NCBI RefSeq assembly: GCF_046119375.1
Contig: NW_027362762.1
Coordinates: forward strand, 654,038,001 to 654,102,000
Direction: 5' to 3'
From: Phyllobates terribilis
Taxonomy: Eukaryota
DNA length: 64,000 nt
A program made the position numbers and the translations under genes. This document shows positions 10,304 to 21,663 of the stretch, in pieces; the stretch's first letter is position 1; the number at the start of each line of letters is the position of its first letter. Under the pieces are notes generated by a model. That model did no database searches, had not been told where the DNA came from, and saw only the letters and a program-made list of their open reading frames with translations.

Positions 10304-10546
10304 TAGTGATGAGCGAACCTGCTCGGATAAGGGGTTATCTGAGCACGCTCAGGTCACAATTGAGTATCTTCGGCATGCTTGAAAAATAGGTTCAAGTCAC
10401 CGCAGCAGCATGTCTAGTGGCTGTTTGACAGCCGTAACGCATGCATGGATTGCCTGTTTGTTATTTTTCGAGCATGCCGAAGATACTCGGTTAGCACCCG
10501 AGCGTGCTCGGATAACCCGTTATCCGGGCATGTTCGCTCATCACTA
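10304..10546. mobile_element. hAT-type MITE (243 bp), largely palindromic
   Basis: TIR TAGTGATGAGCGAAC / GTTCGCTCATCACTA. 8-bp TSD GTGAGTAT / ATGAGTAT (7 of 8 match). It interrupts the Tc1 codons LYVSI|LQDEL. Confidence 0.9.
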
Positions 10547-10579
10547 ATGAGTATCCTACAAGATGAGTTATTTCATAGA

Positions 10580-10730
10580 CTAGAGTCGCCTGCTCTTGCA
10601 CGAGGTCGGTCCCAGAGTGGCACCTGGTCCACCCTCCCGGTCCCTCCTTGGTTGACGGAGTCGACTGAGCGGCCTTGTAGCCAGGGTCGGTCCGAGTGGG
10701 CACTTAGTTACACCCCTCTGGTCCTTCTTT
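10580..10730 (+). mobile_element. Fragment of a family-A-like LTR 3' end
   Basis: GGTCGGTCCCAGAGTGGCACCTGGTCC...TTACACCCCTCTGGTCC aligns by eye with 6205-6325. Confidence 0.65.
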
Positions 10731-10744
10731 GTACAGTGGTTCTA

Positions 10745-13538
10745 CCATCCAGACCTGTAACATCCACCATCTCATTCACCCCCCCGACCTATCTATCAAC
10801 GTCAATGGCTGTTCATTCTCCCCAGTCCTGCAAGCTCGCTGCCTTGGGGTAACTTTGGAGTCTGATCTCCCTTTCAAACCACATATCCAAGCTCTTTCCA
10901 CTTCCTGCCAACTATAACTCAAAAACTCTGGATCTGCACATTCCTCAGCAAAGACTCTGCAAAACACTAGTGCACGCCCTCATTATCTCCCACCTTGATT
11001 ACTGCAACCTCCAGCACCGTCCCAATTTAGGGTCACCTTGCCGCTGGTGGGACGGCTTGTATACTTTTTTTGATCAAAAATAGTTCACTAAGTACCCTAT
11101 ATTTATTATGCAATTTTGCTTTACATTTATATATAATTATGGTAGGGTATGAGATATATTTTTGTCTTGCTTCTTTTTTGCTAGTGTGAACATGCCTCTG
11201 TTTCTTGTATGTCTGCCATCTTAGACCTCAGTTCACATTGTCTGGTTTTTTGACTTGTTTGCATTCTGTGCAATTTAAGGGTGTGGCATGCCCTTTGTGG
11301 AGCTGATTGGTATATATGTAGCTTACCACGGGCCTAGGTGGTCTGGAGTTGGGACCCGGTCCTATTTGTCTACCCTTTTATATGCATTACTTCAACTTTG
11401 ATATACAGTAAGGTTTTTAATATAGGCAGTATAGGTACCGTCCCAATTTAGGGTCACCTTGCCGCTGGTGGGACGGCTTGTATACTTTTTTTGATCAAAA
11501 ATAGTTCACTAAGTACCCTATATTTATTATGCAATTTTGCTTTACATTTATATATAATTATGGTAGGGTATGAGATATATTTTTGTCTTGCTTCTTTTTT
11601 GCTAGTGTGAACATGCCTCTGTTTCTTGTATGTCTGCCATCTTAGACCTCAGTTCACATTGTCTGGTTTTTTGACTTGTTTGCATTCTGTGCAATTTAAG
11701 GGTGTGGCATGCCCTTTGTTGAGCTGATTGGTATATATGTAGCTTACCACGGGCCTAGGTGGTCTGGAGTTGGGACCCGGTCCTATTTGTCTACCCTTTT
11801 ATATGCATTACTTCAACTTTGATATACAGTAAGGTTTTTAATATAGGCAGTATAGGTACCGTCCCAATTTAGGGTCACCTTGCCGCTGGTGGGACGGCTT
11901 GTATACTTTTTTTGATCAAAAATAGTTCACTAAGTACCCTATATTTATTATGCAATTTTGCTTTACATTTATATATAATTATGGTAGGGTATGAGATATA
12001 TTTTTGTCTTGCTTCTTTTTTGCTAGTGTGAACATGCCTCTGTTTCTTGTATGTCTGCCATCTTAGACCTCAGTTCACATTGTCTGGTTTTTTGACTTGT
12101 TTGCATTCTGTGCAATTTAAGGGTGTGGCATGCCCTTTGTTGAGCTGATTGGTATATATGTAGCTTACCACGGGCCTAGGTGGTCTGGAGTTGGGACCCG
12201 GTCCTATTTGTCTACCCTTTTATATGCATTACTTCAACTTTGATATACAGTAAGGTTTTTAATATAGGCAGTATAGGTACCGTCCCAATTTAGGGTCACC
12301 TTGCCGCTGGTGGGACGGCTTGTATACTTTTTTTGATCAAAAATAGTTCACTAAGTACCCTATATTTATTATGCAATTTTGCTTTACATTTATATATAAT
12401 TATGGTAGGGTATGAGATATATTTTTGTCTTGCTTCTTTTTTGCTAGTGTGAACATGCCTCTGTTTCTTGTATGTCTGCCATCTTAGACCTCAGTTCACA
12501 TTGTCTGGTTTTTTGACTTGTTTGCATTCTGTGCAATTTAAGGGTGTGGCATGCCCTTTGTTGAGCTGATTGGTATATATGTAGCTTACCACGGGCCTAG
12601 GTGGTCTGGAGTTGGGACCCGGTCCTATTTGTCTACCCTTTTATATGCATTACTTCAACTTTGATATACAGTAAGGTTTTTAATATAGGCAGTATAGGTA
12701 CCGTCCCAATTTAGGGTCACCTTGCCGCTGGTGGGACGGCTTGTATACTTTTTTTGATCAAAAATAGTTCACTAAGTACCCTATATTTATTATGCAATTT
12801 TGCTTTACATTTATATATAATTATGGTAGGGTATGAGATATATTTTTGTCTTGCTTCTTTTTTGCTAACCTCCAGCACTGTGGCTTCCTTTCCAACACTC
12901 TCACACCCCTCCAATCTATCCAAAACTCTGCTGCCCGACTAATCCACCTGTCACCCTGATATTCCCCGGCCTCTCTTCTCTGTCAATTCTTTCACTGGCT
13001 CCCCATTGCCCAGAGACTCCAGTTCCAAACCCTAACCATGGCATACAAAGCCATCTACAACCTGTCTCCTGCATACATCTGTGACCTAATCTCCCGATAC
13101 ATACCTGCATGCAACCTCTGATCCTCACAAGATCTCTTGCTGTACTCCCCTCTTATCTGCTCTTCCCACAATCGCATGCAAGATTTGTCCCGTGCATCCC
13201 CCCTACTCTGGAACTCTCTACCCTAACATATCAGACTCTCGCCTACCGTGGAAACCTTCAAATGGAACCTGAAGACCTGCTTCTTCTGACAAGCCTTCAA
13301 CCTGCAGTAACCCTTGCTTCACCATACCACTGCACGACCAGCTCTACCCTCACCTACTGTATCCTCACCCATCCCTTGTTGATTGTGAGCCCTCGCCGGC
13401 ATGGTCCTCGCTCCTCCTGTACCAGTCGCCATCATGTTTTGTTCAATATTATTGCAATTGTTTTTGTATGTATACCCCTTTTCACATGTAAAGCGCCATG
13501 TAATAAATGGTGCTATAACAATAAATAATTATAATAAT
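10745..13538 (+). mobile_element. 5'-truncated L2 LINE (RT C-terminus and 3' UTR) interrupted by the 421-bp array
   Basis: ARCLGVTLESDLPFKPHIQ...DYCN resumes after 12866. The 3' end GCGCCATG...AATAAATAATTATAATAAT is like the L2 3' end at 31349. Confidence 0.85.
11018..12866 (+). repeat. Tandem array of a 421-bp unit, 4.39 copies, near-identical, flanked by a 12-bp TSD
   Basis: Units start at 11018, 11439, 11860, 12281 and 12702. AACCTCCAGCAC occurs at 11006-11017 and 12867-12878. The only difference I noticed is TTTGTGGAG in copy 1 versus TTTGTTGAG. Confidence 0.97.
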
Positions 13539-14649
13539 CTGCACATGTTTTATTGTACCATCTGTGGCTGTTGTCCTCTTGACTGCTGAAAGTAAAAGTT
13601 AACCTGTTCCACCGTTAACCTGACTCCTGACTCTTCCGTATTCCTCCTCACTTATATCATGGGGAACGCCATCACCATCACATGGGGGAACAGTAAAAGC
13701 GATGTTAAACCTCCACACACACACACAGCTGTGTGCCCTTTATTACATTGTCTCTGGAGCGCTAGGCGCCGGGCACGGCCACCACCGGCCGTGTGGCAGA
13801 AAAAAAGGATTCGACATATGCCCTGTATGCTGGAGGGCTTCCCCCTGCGCTCTGAAAATTGCATATACTCAAGTGAATCAACCAGTATGCACCAACTTTG
13901 GGAACGTGTAGGAGAGACCTGGAATCAGATTTCGGTCGAGACATGCTTGAACCATGCCGAGAAGGATTAAGGAAGTGTTGGAAGCCAAAGTTAGATTTAC
14001 AATATACTAGCAAAATAATAAAATTAAAATTTAGATTCTTAGGAGCAAAACAGTAACAATGCAGTGACATGACAAGAATCTGCATAACCAGTCATATGCT
14101 AAATAGTTGCAAGTCAAATTTATGTATGAGATAGCCAAGATGCTTGTGTATAAAATGATGGGAGTCTCACGTTTGAAGCAGTTGTGGATGGTGAGATATT
14201 GAGCCTAAAAGTCAAAAGTTCAAAACATTGTTACCCTTTTGCTCATCAGTGTATATCAGGATTATTCCTGCTCTGTCCATGAACTGTTTGAGTGTTGGAT
14301 GACAACAAAAACATTTTTAACAGAGTTAAATTTGCTGCAACTTGTGAACCTCTTGAACGACTGAATGTTGCTAACGGTTTTCACGCTGCTTATATAGCTA
14401 TAAAATTCCAAAGTCGGCAGTTTTTAACTGCTTATTAAGCAGTCTTCCAATTACTTGTATCGATTGCATATTCAGCATTTCTTTTTGCATATTTAGCATA
14501 TCTAAATAACATAATTATAATTATATATAACGTTACATTATTACTGTAAGAGTTCTTAGTAAACAGTGTTTTATGGAAAAAACGGACATGACTGGAGGAA
14601 ATGGATGTGATTTTTGGATTCACCACACCAAAATTCATAAACATCACGT

Positions 14650-17260
14650 TATCTTGTAGTCAGCAAAATTGAAGTACAGCAATGAATTATGCAACAAAGT
14701 CTAATAAACTGACTGCATGTTTTTTTTTACATTTGTGGGATGTGAGTTTTGCCAATCTAACAACGAATTAGTAGACATAGGTTTTCTTAAATGTCTTGTG
14801 CCCAATGAATAATTTTTAATACTAATAAGAACATCAAGGAAGTCAAGGCAAATGCCACTAAATTTTGTTGTGAAAGTCATATTCATATTGTTTACTATAT
14901 TCATCTGATCTGCAAACAAAACTTGTTCCTCAGACCCATACCAAATTATAAAAAATATAATTCACAAAGCAGAAGTACAGTGGGATAAATTGTAGAAAAT
15001 GGTTCTGCATATCAAATACATATTTCTCTTTCAGTATTGCATAAGTACGAGTTAGGTATGCCCATTGCAGTACCTGTCTCTTGATGATATCATCTGCCAT
15101 CAAAAATAAAAGAATTGTGGGTAAGTAAAAAATTAGGTTCCTCACATAAAAGTTCTACAAAGGAATTACTTTTGTTAGCTTTAGATAACTTTTGACTCAC
15201 AGCTCTGATTACCCCCTTCCTGTGGTGTGTATGTACAGACTTTCCATATCAATAGATGTTAGGTTGAAGTCTGGTTGCTAATTGATATCTCTCAGGCTAG
15301 GGTTACACTATTGTAGGATTCTCTCATCCGAGAGAATAGGGTCAATTATGGAAATGACACTCTGATCAAACTCTGATCAGTGTTTGATCAGAGTGTGATC
15401 ATGTTGTCATCCGATTGTCCATCTTCTCCATTCTGTCACACTATGAAAAACTGAACTCAAATATTTTCCATGGACTCATTGACTTGTATGGCCAAGTGCG
15501 ATCCAAATCAAACTTGGGCATGTTGTGTTTTTTTCCCTGGACTGGCTCTGTCTGAGGAAAAAAAATCAAATATTTGCATGGTCCCATAGAATAACAATGG
15601 TCCGAGTGCGACCGATGTTTTGTCGGATCGCACTAGCATCGAAAATACGATCATGTCCACGAGTCTTTAGTGTGCACAAAAAATTGTTTGAGTCCGTAAT
15701 ATAGGACAGAATAATTGTTAGTAGAGGTCTAAAAAAAGCCAATCGATATAATGGGAAAAAGGCTTAATAATTGAACCTATACCCGCCACGATAGGATGAC
15801 CGTCAGCTTCTGTGAATTTTTGTGTCCCTCAGGTACAAAATACCAGTAAGGTCGTTGTGGGAATAATTTAAAGAACTTCTTCAGAATTCGGCCTGATATT
15901 AATACGGTCTATAAAGAATGACAGCAATTGATTTTGGTATTTACTGGTAGGGTTTTTTAACCCACTGTATGATGTGTCATTCAATTGTCATTTAGCTTCT
16001 TGGACTTAGTACTTTTTAGTTATAAAAACTATTTCTCTTCTTTTGTTAGCCAGTTTTATTACTAGGTCATCAGTAATTTTTAACCATTCTAAAGCTTTAA
16101 ATTCAGTTCTACTGAGGTTAGGTTGACACAGGGGCTATATCAATGCTTTAATGTTACTGAGTACCTGTTTGTAAAAAAAGATCTAATGGACTGCCAAGCT
16201 GCGAAGGGGGAAAGAAAGTAGATCTAAGTCCATCTGAAAATTAATCATCAATATTCGTTTCACTGGCAATTGCTTGTACCTTGTTGAAGTCATGATCTAA
16301 CGATATTATCAATGAATTTTCTGTTTCATCAAAGCTCTCCAACAAACTAAAGCCTAAAGGTCCAATTGTTCTTGGGGATTCCCCCTCTTTTTTGTCATCC
16401 AAATATTTTCTAACCGTTGTTTGATTGAACATTTAAAAAAAATAGATTTTATATACGGGTGTAAAAAAGATCTACTTCAAACCCAGTAATGTCATATGTC
16501 ACTGTCAGTCCGAAGTTCACGCCTTTAGTCAGCAGGGAAAGGCCTTCTGAACTAAATTGCACTTCTGTCTAATTAATAACATTATCCACTTTTGGTACAA
16601 TAATAGAATCTAATGTCTCCAAGAGACGTTCTTCCTTTTGCACTTTTTTCTACCACCAGCTTCCTCTTCTTTTTTTCTTGCTCTTCTAGTTCTTTATCCC
16701 TTGTGAGTGAATGGAATGTGTGGGAACATCTGACTTCGTTAAACTCTTATTCAGTTGTTCAGAAGACAATAGTTTTTTAGGCATAATTTCTGCAGTTTTT
16801 TTATGTTTTTGGAAGCTTCAATCATAAAAATGATTTGACTCAAAGTCGTGCTTGTCATGTAAAAATGTATCACATTTCTTTTCTTTTATTTCTTCTTGCA
16901 TTGGTTTCCATCGCTTCTCAGGGTCTTTTTTTTAACGATCTGGTTCTCTGTTAATCTAGCGTGTAGTTCCATTTTAGCTTTACACAATTCAGTAATGACT
17001 ATTTCATAATTCTTTTCAATCTTCAAAAAAAAACATGCATCAAGTAAGCCAAATAACATAGCTGAACAGGTTGAAGAATAAATGTCTTCTGGTTGTGCTA
17101 AAACCTGCAAGAAGATAATTTTCTGGATCTGTTCCTGTCTAGACCACATACAATATCAGATCTACGGGTCCGGGAGAATTTAGGCTGCAGCAACCATAAT
17201 ATGGTAAGTTTCAAAGTAATGTTCAATAAAGCATTTGAATGGGAAAATGCAAAAACCTGG
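14650..17260 (-). mobile_element. Highly decayed Penelope-like retroelement (RT region)
   Basis: Fragments QETGTAMG and MTFTTKFSGICLDFLDVLI...RKPMSTNSLLDWQNSHP match PLE RT motifs, and DDLVIKLANK resembles the IIKPADKG motif. Boundaries are approximate. Confidence 0.65.
15295..15666. mobile_element. Degenerate MITE (possibly PIF/Harbinger-like) inside the Penelope remnant
   Basis: Internal palindromes (ACTCTGATCAAAC...GTTTGATCAGAGT) and weak inverted ends. No clear TSD. Confidence 0.4.
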
Positions 17261-17289
17261 AGCTTTACGAAAACTAAATTCAATTCAAG

Positions 17290-19322
17290 TGACGGAAGAG
17301 CTTAATCTTGAAGACTGGGATAGTGTCCTGGTAACTGAACATAAATGGGGCGTGTTTTTAAAGATATACTAATAGAATTCTGTAGAAAGCTTACACCCAC
17401 CCACTGGTAATAAAATATCCAGGAATAAAAGGAAGCCATTATGGTCAAATAGGGAATCACAAAGTATAATAATAAGACAAAAACAAAGTACATTTGCAAC
17501 CTTTAAGGCCGAGTATTCCAAAATAGCATTCCTGGAGTATTACAATTTCAATAGGAAATGTAAGAAAGAAAACAAGCTAGTAAAGTTAGCTACTGAAAAA
17601 CAAATCGCCAACGACTTTAAAATAAATAAAAAAAAAAAATAGGAATACATTAATGTCAAAAAGAAAATATCTGATGGTATTGATCCCTTAAACGATGATC
17701 GGAGCAATATAATTATAGAGGACAAAGAAAAGGCTGAGATATTGAACACACAATTTTGATATTTAATTACCAATGAACTGACTGTTCCATGGATCACTCA
17801 CCAAGGCAGAAATCAAAATTGACCACCTGCTCTAAATAATTTAACACAAAAAGAAGTACGGATGCATGTGAGCAAATTAAGTATTGACAGATCCCCCGGG
17901 CCAGATGGCATTTATCCACTGATATTGAGGGAGTTGTAATAATTGACAGACCGATGTATCTCATCTTAGAGTCTCTTGTAACAGGGTCGGTGCCACAGGA
18001 TTAGAAGATGGCTGGTACCGATATTTAAAAAAGGTAAGAAGGTGGATCTAGGCAACTACCATCTGGTAGGTCTTACATCAGTGGTGTGCAAAGTATTTGA
18101 GGACATTATAAGAGATGACCTGCAAAAATATATTGCAGATAATAATATAATAACTGACAACCAGCATGGATTCATGCAAGATAATTCATGTCTCATTAAC
18201 ATGTTGGGTTTCCATGATTAGGTAAGTGCAAATCTGGATGTTGGTAATGCGGCTGATGTGATTTATCTAGACTCTGCAAAGGCATTTGATACTTTACCAC
18301 ACAATAGCGTTATACTGAAGCTCCAGAAGTAGGGACTAGGGGAACATATATGCAAATGGACAAAGAACTGGTTATTAGACATAAAACAAAGTGACCACAA
18401 GGATCTGTGTTAGGACTGATTCTTTTTATTCTCTTTATTAATGACCTTGTGGATGGGATTGAGAGTAAAGTTTCCATCTTTGCTGATGACACAAAACTTT
18501 GTATAGTAATAAAAACTGAGTTTCACAGTATTACAAAATGATCTGGATAAGATGTCTGCATGAGCAAACACTTGGCATATGAGGTTTGATGTTGATAAAT
18601 GTAGAGTAATGCACCTAGGACGGAGTAATCCCATTACTGCATACACATAAAATGGGAGTATACTCAGGACTACTGAACAGGATAAGGACTTGAGTATTCT
18701 GGTTACAAGTAAGCTGACCAGCAGTACTCAATATCAAGCAGCAGCTGCAAAAGCAGAAGATTTTAGGTTGTATAAAAAGAGAGAGAAAATCCTGGTATCC
18801 CAGTGTATTGTTACCCCTTTATCAATCACTTTTAAGGCCACATCTAGAATATGGGATCCTGTTTTGGACTTCACATTTTAAAAGGATATTTGGAAGTTGG
18901 AGTCAGTTTAAAGGCAGACAACTAGATTATTACATATGATGGAATGCCTGTCCTATGATGAGAGATTGGAAATGTTGGGCTTGTTTAGTTAGAAAAATAT
19001 GCCTCAAAGATCTCATTTATATGTATAAATACATTTGCGGTCAAAACAAAGGACTGACACATGAGTTATATTTTACGTGTGGAGGAAAGGCGATTCTGGC
19101 AGCTAAAAAAGAAAGGGTTCTTTACAGTTAGAGCAGTGAGATTGTGGATTGCTCTTCCACAAGCGGTAGTAACAGCATATACTAAATCAGCATTTAAAAG
19201 GGCTGGATGCTTTTCTAACAACAAAACAACAAATGCCATTGTAGGTTATTATATATAACTGCTGGAGAAAGGTTGAATTTGATGAACTTGTGTCTTTTTT
19301 TCAACCTAAATGACTATGTAAC
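17290..19322 (+). mobile_element. Decayed CR1 LINE, 3' half
   Basis: RT remnants (FADDTKL; FTVRAVRLW) and a 3' end GTGTCTTTTTTCAACCT...ACTATGTAAC. Confidence 0.85.
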
Positions 19323-19789
19323 TTTCTAAGTTGAATGGATGTTCCAAATGGGTTTGTTATCATTCCTTCATATTATTTTCATCAGATCGGAATTTGGAAA
19401 CCTCCTTATGCACACATAATCCCTGTGGAACTTAAGTTAACTGTACAAAAAAGACACTCTTCCTTTTTTCTGCCAATTGGATTATTTTAAACTCCAGGGC
19501 ACTAATGCTCATTATCTGTAATTCAACTTTAAAGTTGAAGAAATTAAAAAATGCACCTGTGTTCACTTTCCCTTTATTTAATGCTGATTCAGAGGGTTTT
19601 TTGCAATGGCTGTTACATCTGTGTCAATCTCAATTTTAGGAACTTACCCATAATGTGACTATTGCAATGCCCTCCACAAACCCCAATCTATTAAAACATA
19701 TAGTTCAATAAGTTTTAAGAAGAATTCAAGAAGGATCAAGTAGAGGAGGGAAGCAAGATAGCAGCAATTAGACACAATAATACATCTCA

Positions 19790-20000
19790 AATGGGAGAGG
19801 CAATACACATACACCTACATTCCCTTGAGATGCCTGCAACATCTCCAGACTTGTCTCCCAGTGAACACATCTGGGACATCATTGGTTAGCAATTTCAAAG
19901 AGAGCTGTCAGCAGCGGACCTGGATGATTTGCGGGTCCAAGTGCATTCAACGTGGCAGAACCACAAAACTATTAACAATCTCATTGCAAAAGTAATACAG
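19790..20000 (+). mobile_element. Tc1 transposase C-terminal fragment
   Basis: Translates as PATSPDLSPSEHIWDIIG, the Tc1 [11 protein letters not shown] motif. Confidence 0.6.
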
Positions 20001-20074
20001 CTAGTCAGTAGATCAGTAATATCAATACAATTCCTTAATAGGACTGCCATACAGTGTCTAAATAATACCATATA

Positions 20075-20280
20075 ATCATAGAATGTTAGAGTTGGAAGGG
20101 ACCTCCAGAGTCATCGTGTCCAACCACCTGCTCAATGCAGGATTCACTAAACCATCTCAGACAGACCTCTGTCCAGCCTCTGTTTGAAGACTTCTAATGA
20201 AGGAGAACTCACCACCTCTCGTGGCAGCCTGTTCTACTCATTGATCACCCTCACTGTCAAAAAGTTTTTTCTAATATCAT
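20075..20280 (-). mobile_element. CR1 3' end fragment
   Basis: CATAATCATAGAATGTTAGAGTTGGAAGGGACCTCC is the reverse complement of the CR1 3' UTR with a (TTCTATGA)n-like tail. Confidence 0.75.
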
Positions 20281-20458
20281 ACAAATACATGCATAACACT
20301 ACCATAAAGTGCTCAAATAAAGTTTGGTATCCAAATAAAACTCATTCCAAGAGTTCACATCATATCATTTAGCTCAATTAAATCCCCAACTAATACCATT
20401 GTTCATTGCTTTAGTGTTTATTTTAATCTATGGAAGTAGAGCGGTTAAAGATATTGAG

Positions 20459-21663
20459 TAAAGAGCTGGCTGAGTGATAGAAAGCAGAGGGTGGTTATCA
20501 ATGGAGTAAGCTCAGGGTGTGTCAGGGTTACTAGCAGGGTGCCTCAAGGGTCTGTCTTGGGCCCTATATTATTTAATATATTTATTAATGATCTAGTGGA
20601 AGGGTTGCATAGTAAAATAGCAATATTTGCAGATGATACTAAACTTTGTAAAGTAGTTAATGCAGATGAGGATAGGGCACAGCTACAGGAGGATTTAGAT
20701 AAATTGGGGAGTTGGGCCAAAAAATGGCAAATGGGTTTCAATGCCGATAAATGTAAGGTCATGCACATGGGAAAGAAAAACAGCAGTCACCCATACATAT
20801 TAAATGGGAAACCGTTGGGGAAATCTGACATGGAGAAGGACCTGGGCGTCTTGGTTAACAGCAAATTAAATTGGAGTGCCCAGTGTCAGGCAGCAGCTGC
20901 GAAGGCAAATAGAGTCATGGCATGCATCAGAAGAGGAATAGGGGCACATGATGAGAACATTGTTCTTCCTCTGTATAAAGCGCTGGTAAGGCCGCACTTA
21001 GAATATTGTGCACAGTTCTGGGCTCCGGTGCTCAAGAAAGACATATTGGAGCTAGAGAGGGTACAAAGGAGGGCGACTAAGGTAATAAAGGGAATGGAGG
21101 GACTAGAATACCCAGAGAGGTTGTCAAAATTAGGCCTATTTACGTTGGAAAAGAGAAGGCTTAGGGGAGACCTCATAAACATGTATAAATACATCAGGGG
21201 GCAGTACAGAGATCTCTCCCATGACCTGTTTATACCAAAGATGGTGACAAAGATAAGGGGACACACTATGTGTCTGGAGGAAAGGAGGTTCCTGCACCAG
21301 CATAGAAGGGGATTCGTTACGGTCAGAGCCGTGAGACTCTGGAACTCTCTGGGAGAGGAAGTGGTGATGTCCAACTCACTTAATGAGTTCAAGAGAGGCC
21401 TGGACGCCTTTCTTGAGAACAATAAAATTACATCTTATGCTTAGTGATAGTTAATTAATCCAGGGATTTAATCTGACTGCCAGATTGGAGTCGGGAAGTG
21501 AATTTTTCCTCAATGATGTAAATTGGCCTATACCGCATGGGGTTTTTTTGCCTTCCCCTGGATCAACGCTGCGGAATAGCTGCAGTGCACAAGAAATAGG
21601 CTGAACTGGATGGACGCTTGTCTTTTTTCGGCCTTTTAAACTATGTAACTATGTAACTATGTA
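20459..21663 (+). mobile_element. Young 5'-truncated CR1 LINE
   Basis: An uninterrupted RT frame, followed by a 3' UTR ending in (ACTATGTA)x3. Confidence 0.92.
20491..21444 (+). CDS. CR1 ORF2 reverse transcriptase, C-terminal 317 aa (5'-truncated, no native start)
   Basis: [52 protein letters not shown]. Confidence 0.9.
   Translation: MVINGVSSGCVRVTSRVPQGSVLGPILFNIFINDLVEGLHSKIAIFADDTKLCKVVNADEDRAQLQEDLDKLGSWAKKWQMGFNADKCKVMHMGKKNSSHPYILNGKPLGKSDMEKDLGVLVNSKLNWSAQCQAAAAKANRVMACIRRGIGAHDENIVLPLYKALVRPHLEYCAQFWAPVLKKDILELERVQRRATKVIKGMEGLEYPERLSKLGLFTLEKRRLRGDLINMYKYIRGQYRDLSHDLFIPKMVTKIRGHTMCLEERRFLHQHRRGFVTVRAVRLWNSLGEEVVMSNSLNEFKRGLDAFLENNKITSYA

Larger units (their letters stand above)
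9476..14251 (+). mobile_element. Older Tc1-like transposon expanded by nested insertions
   Basis: The left end (...CTGACCAGCAAAGGGGTAACAATG...) is an imperfect inverted repeat of the right end (...CATTGTTACCCTTTTGCTCATCAGTG+TA). The transposase N-terminus starts at 9704 (MKKISEEKRNSII) and the C-terminus is at about 13860-14010. The catalytic middle is missing. Confidence 0.8.

Noticed and set aside
11306-11316. CCAAT plus TATA promoter in the repeat unit
   Set aside because: The two motifs are directly adjacent, which is not functional Pol II spacing, and the region is AT-rich.
11325-11365. Twister-like segment (minus strand CCGGGTCCCAACTCC)
   Set aside because: It resembles the twister L4 loop, but the P4 pairing is poor and there is no GAGGG partner in a workable order.
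11018-12866. Hammerhead ribozyme in the 421-bp unit
   Set aside because: I found no CUGANGA core on either strand by eye; the closest are CTGATTG and CTGAGGT.
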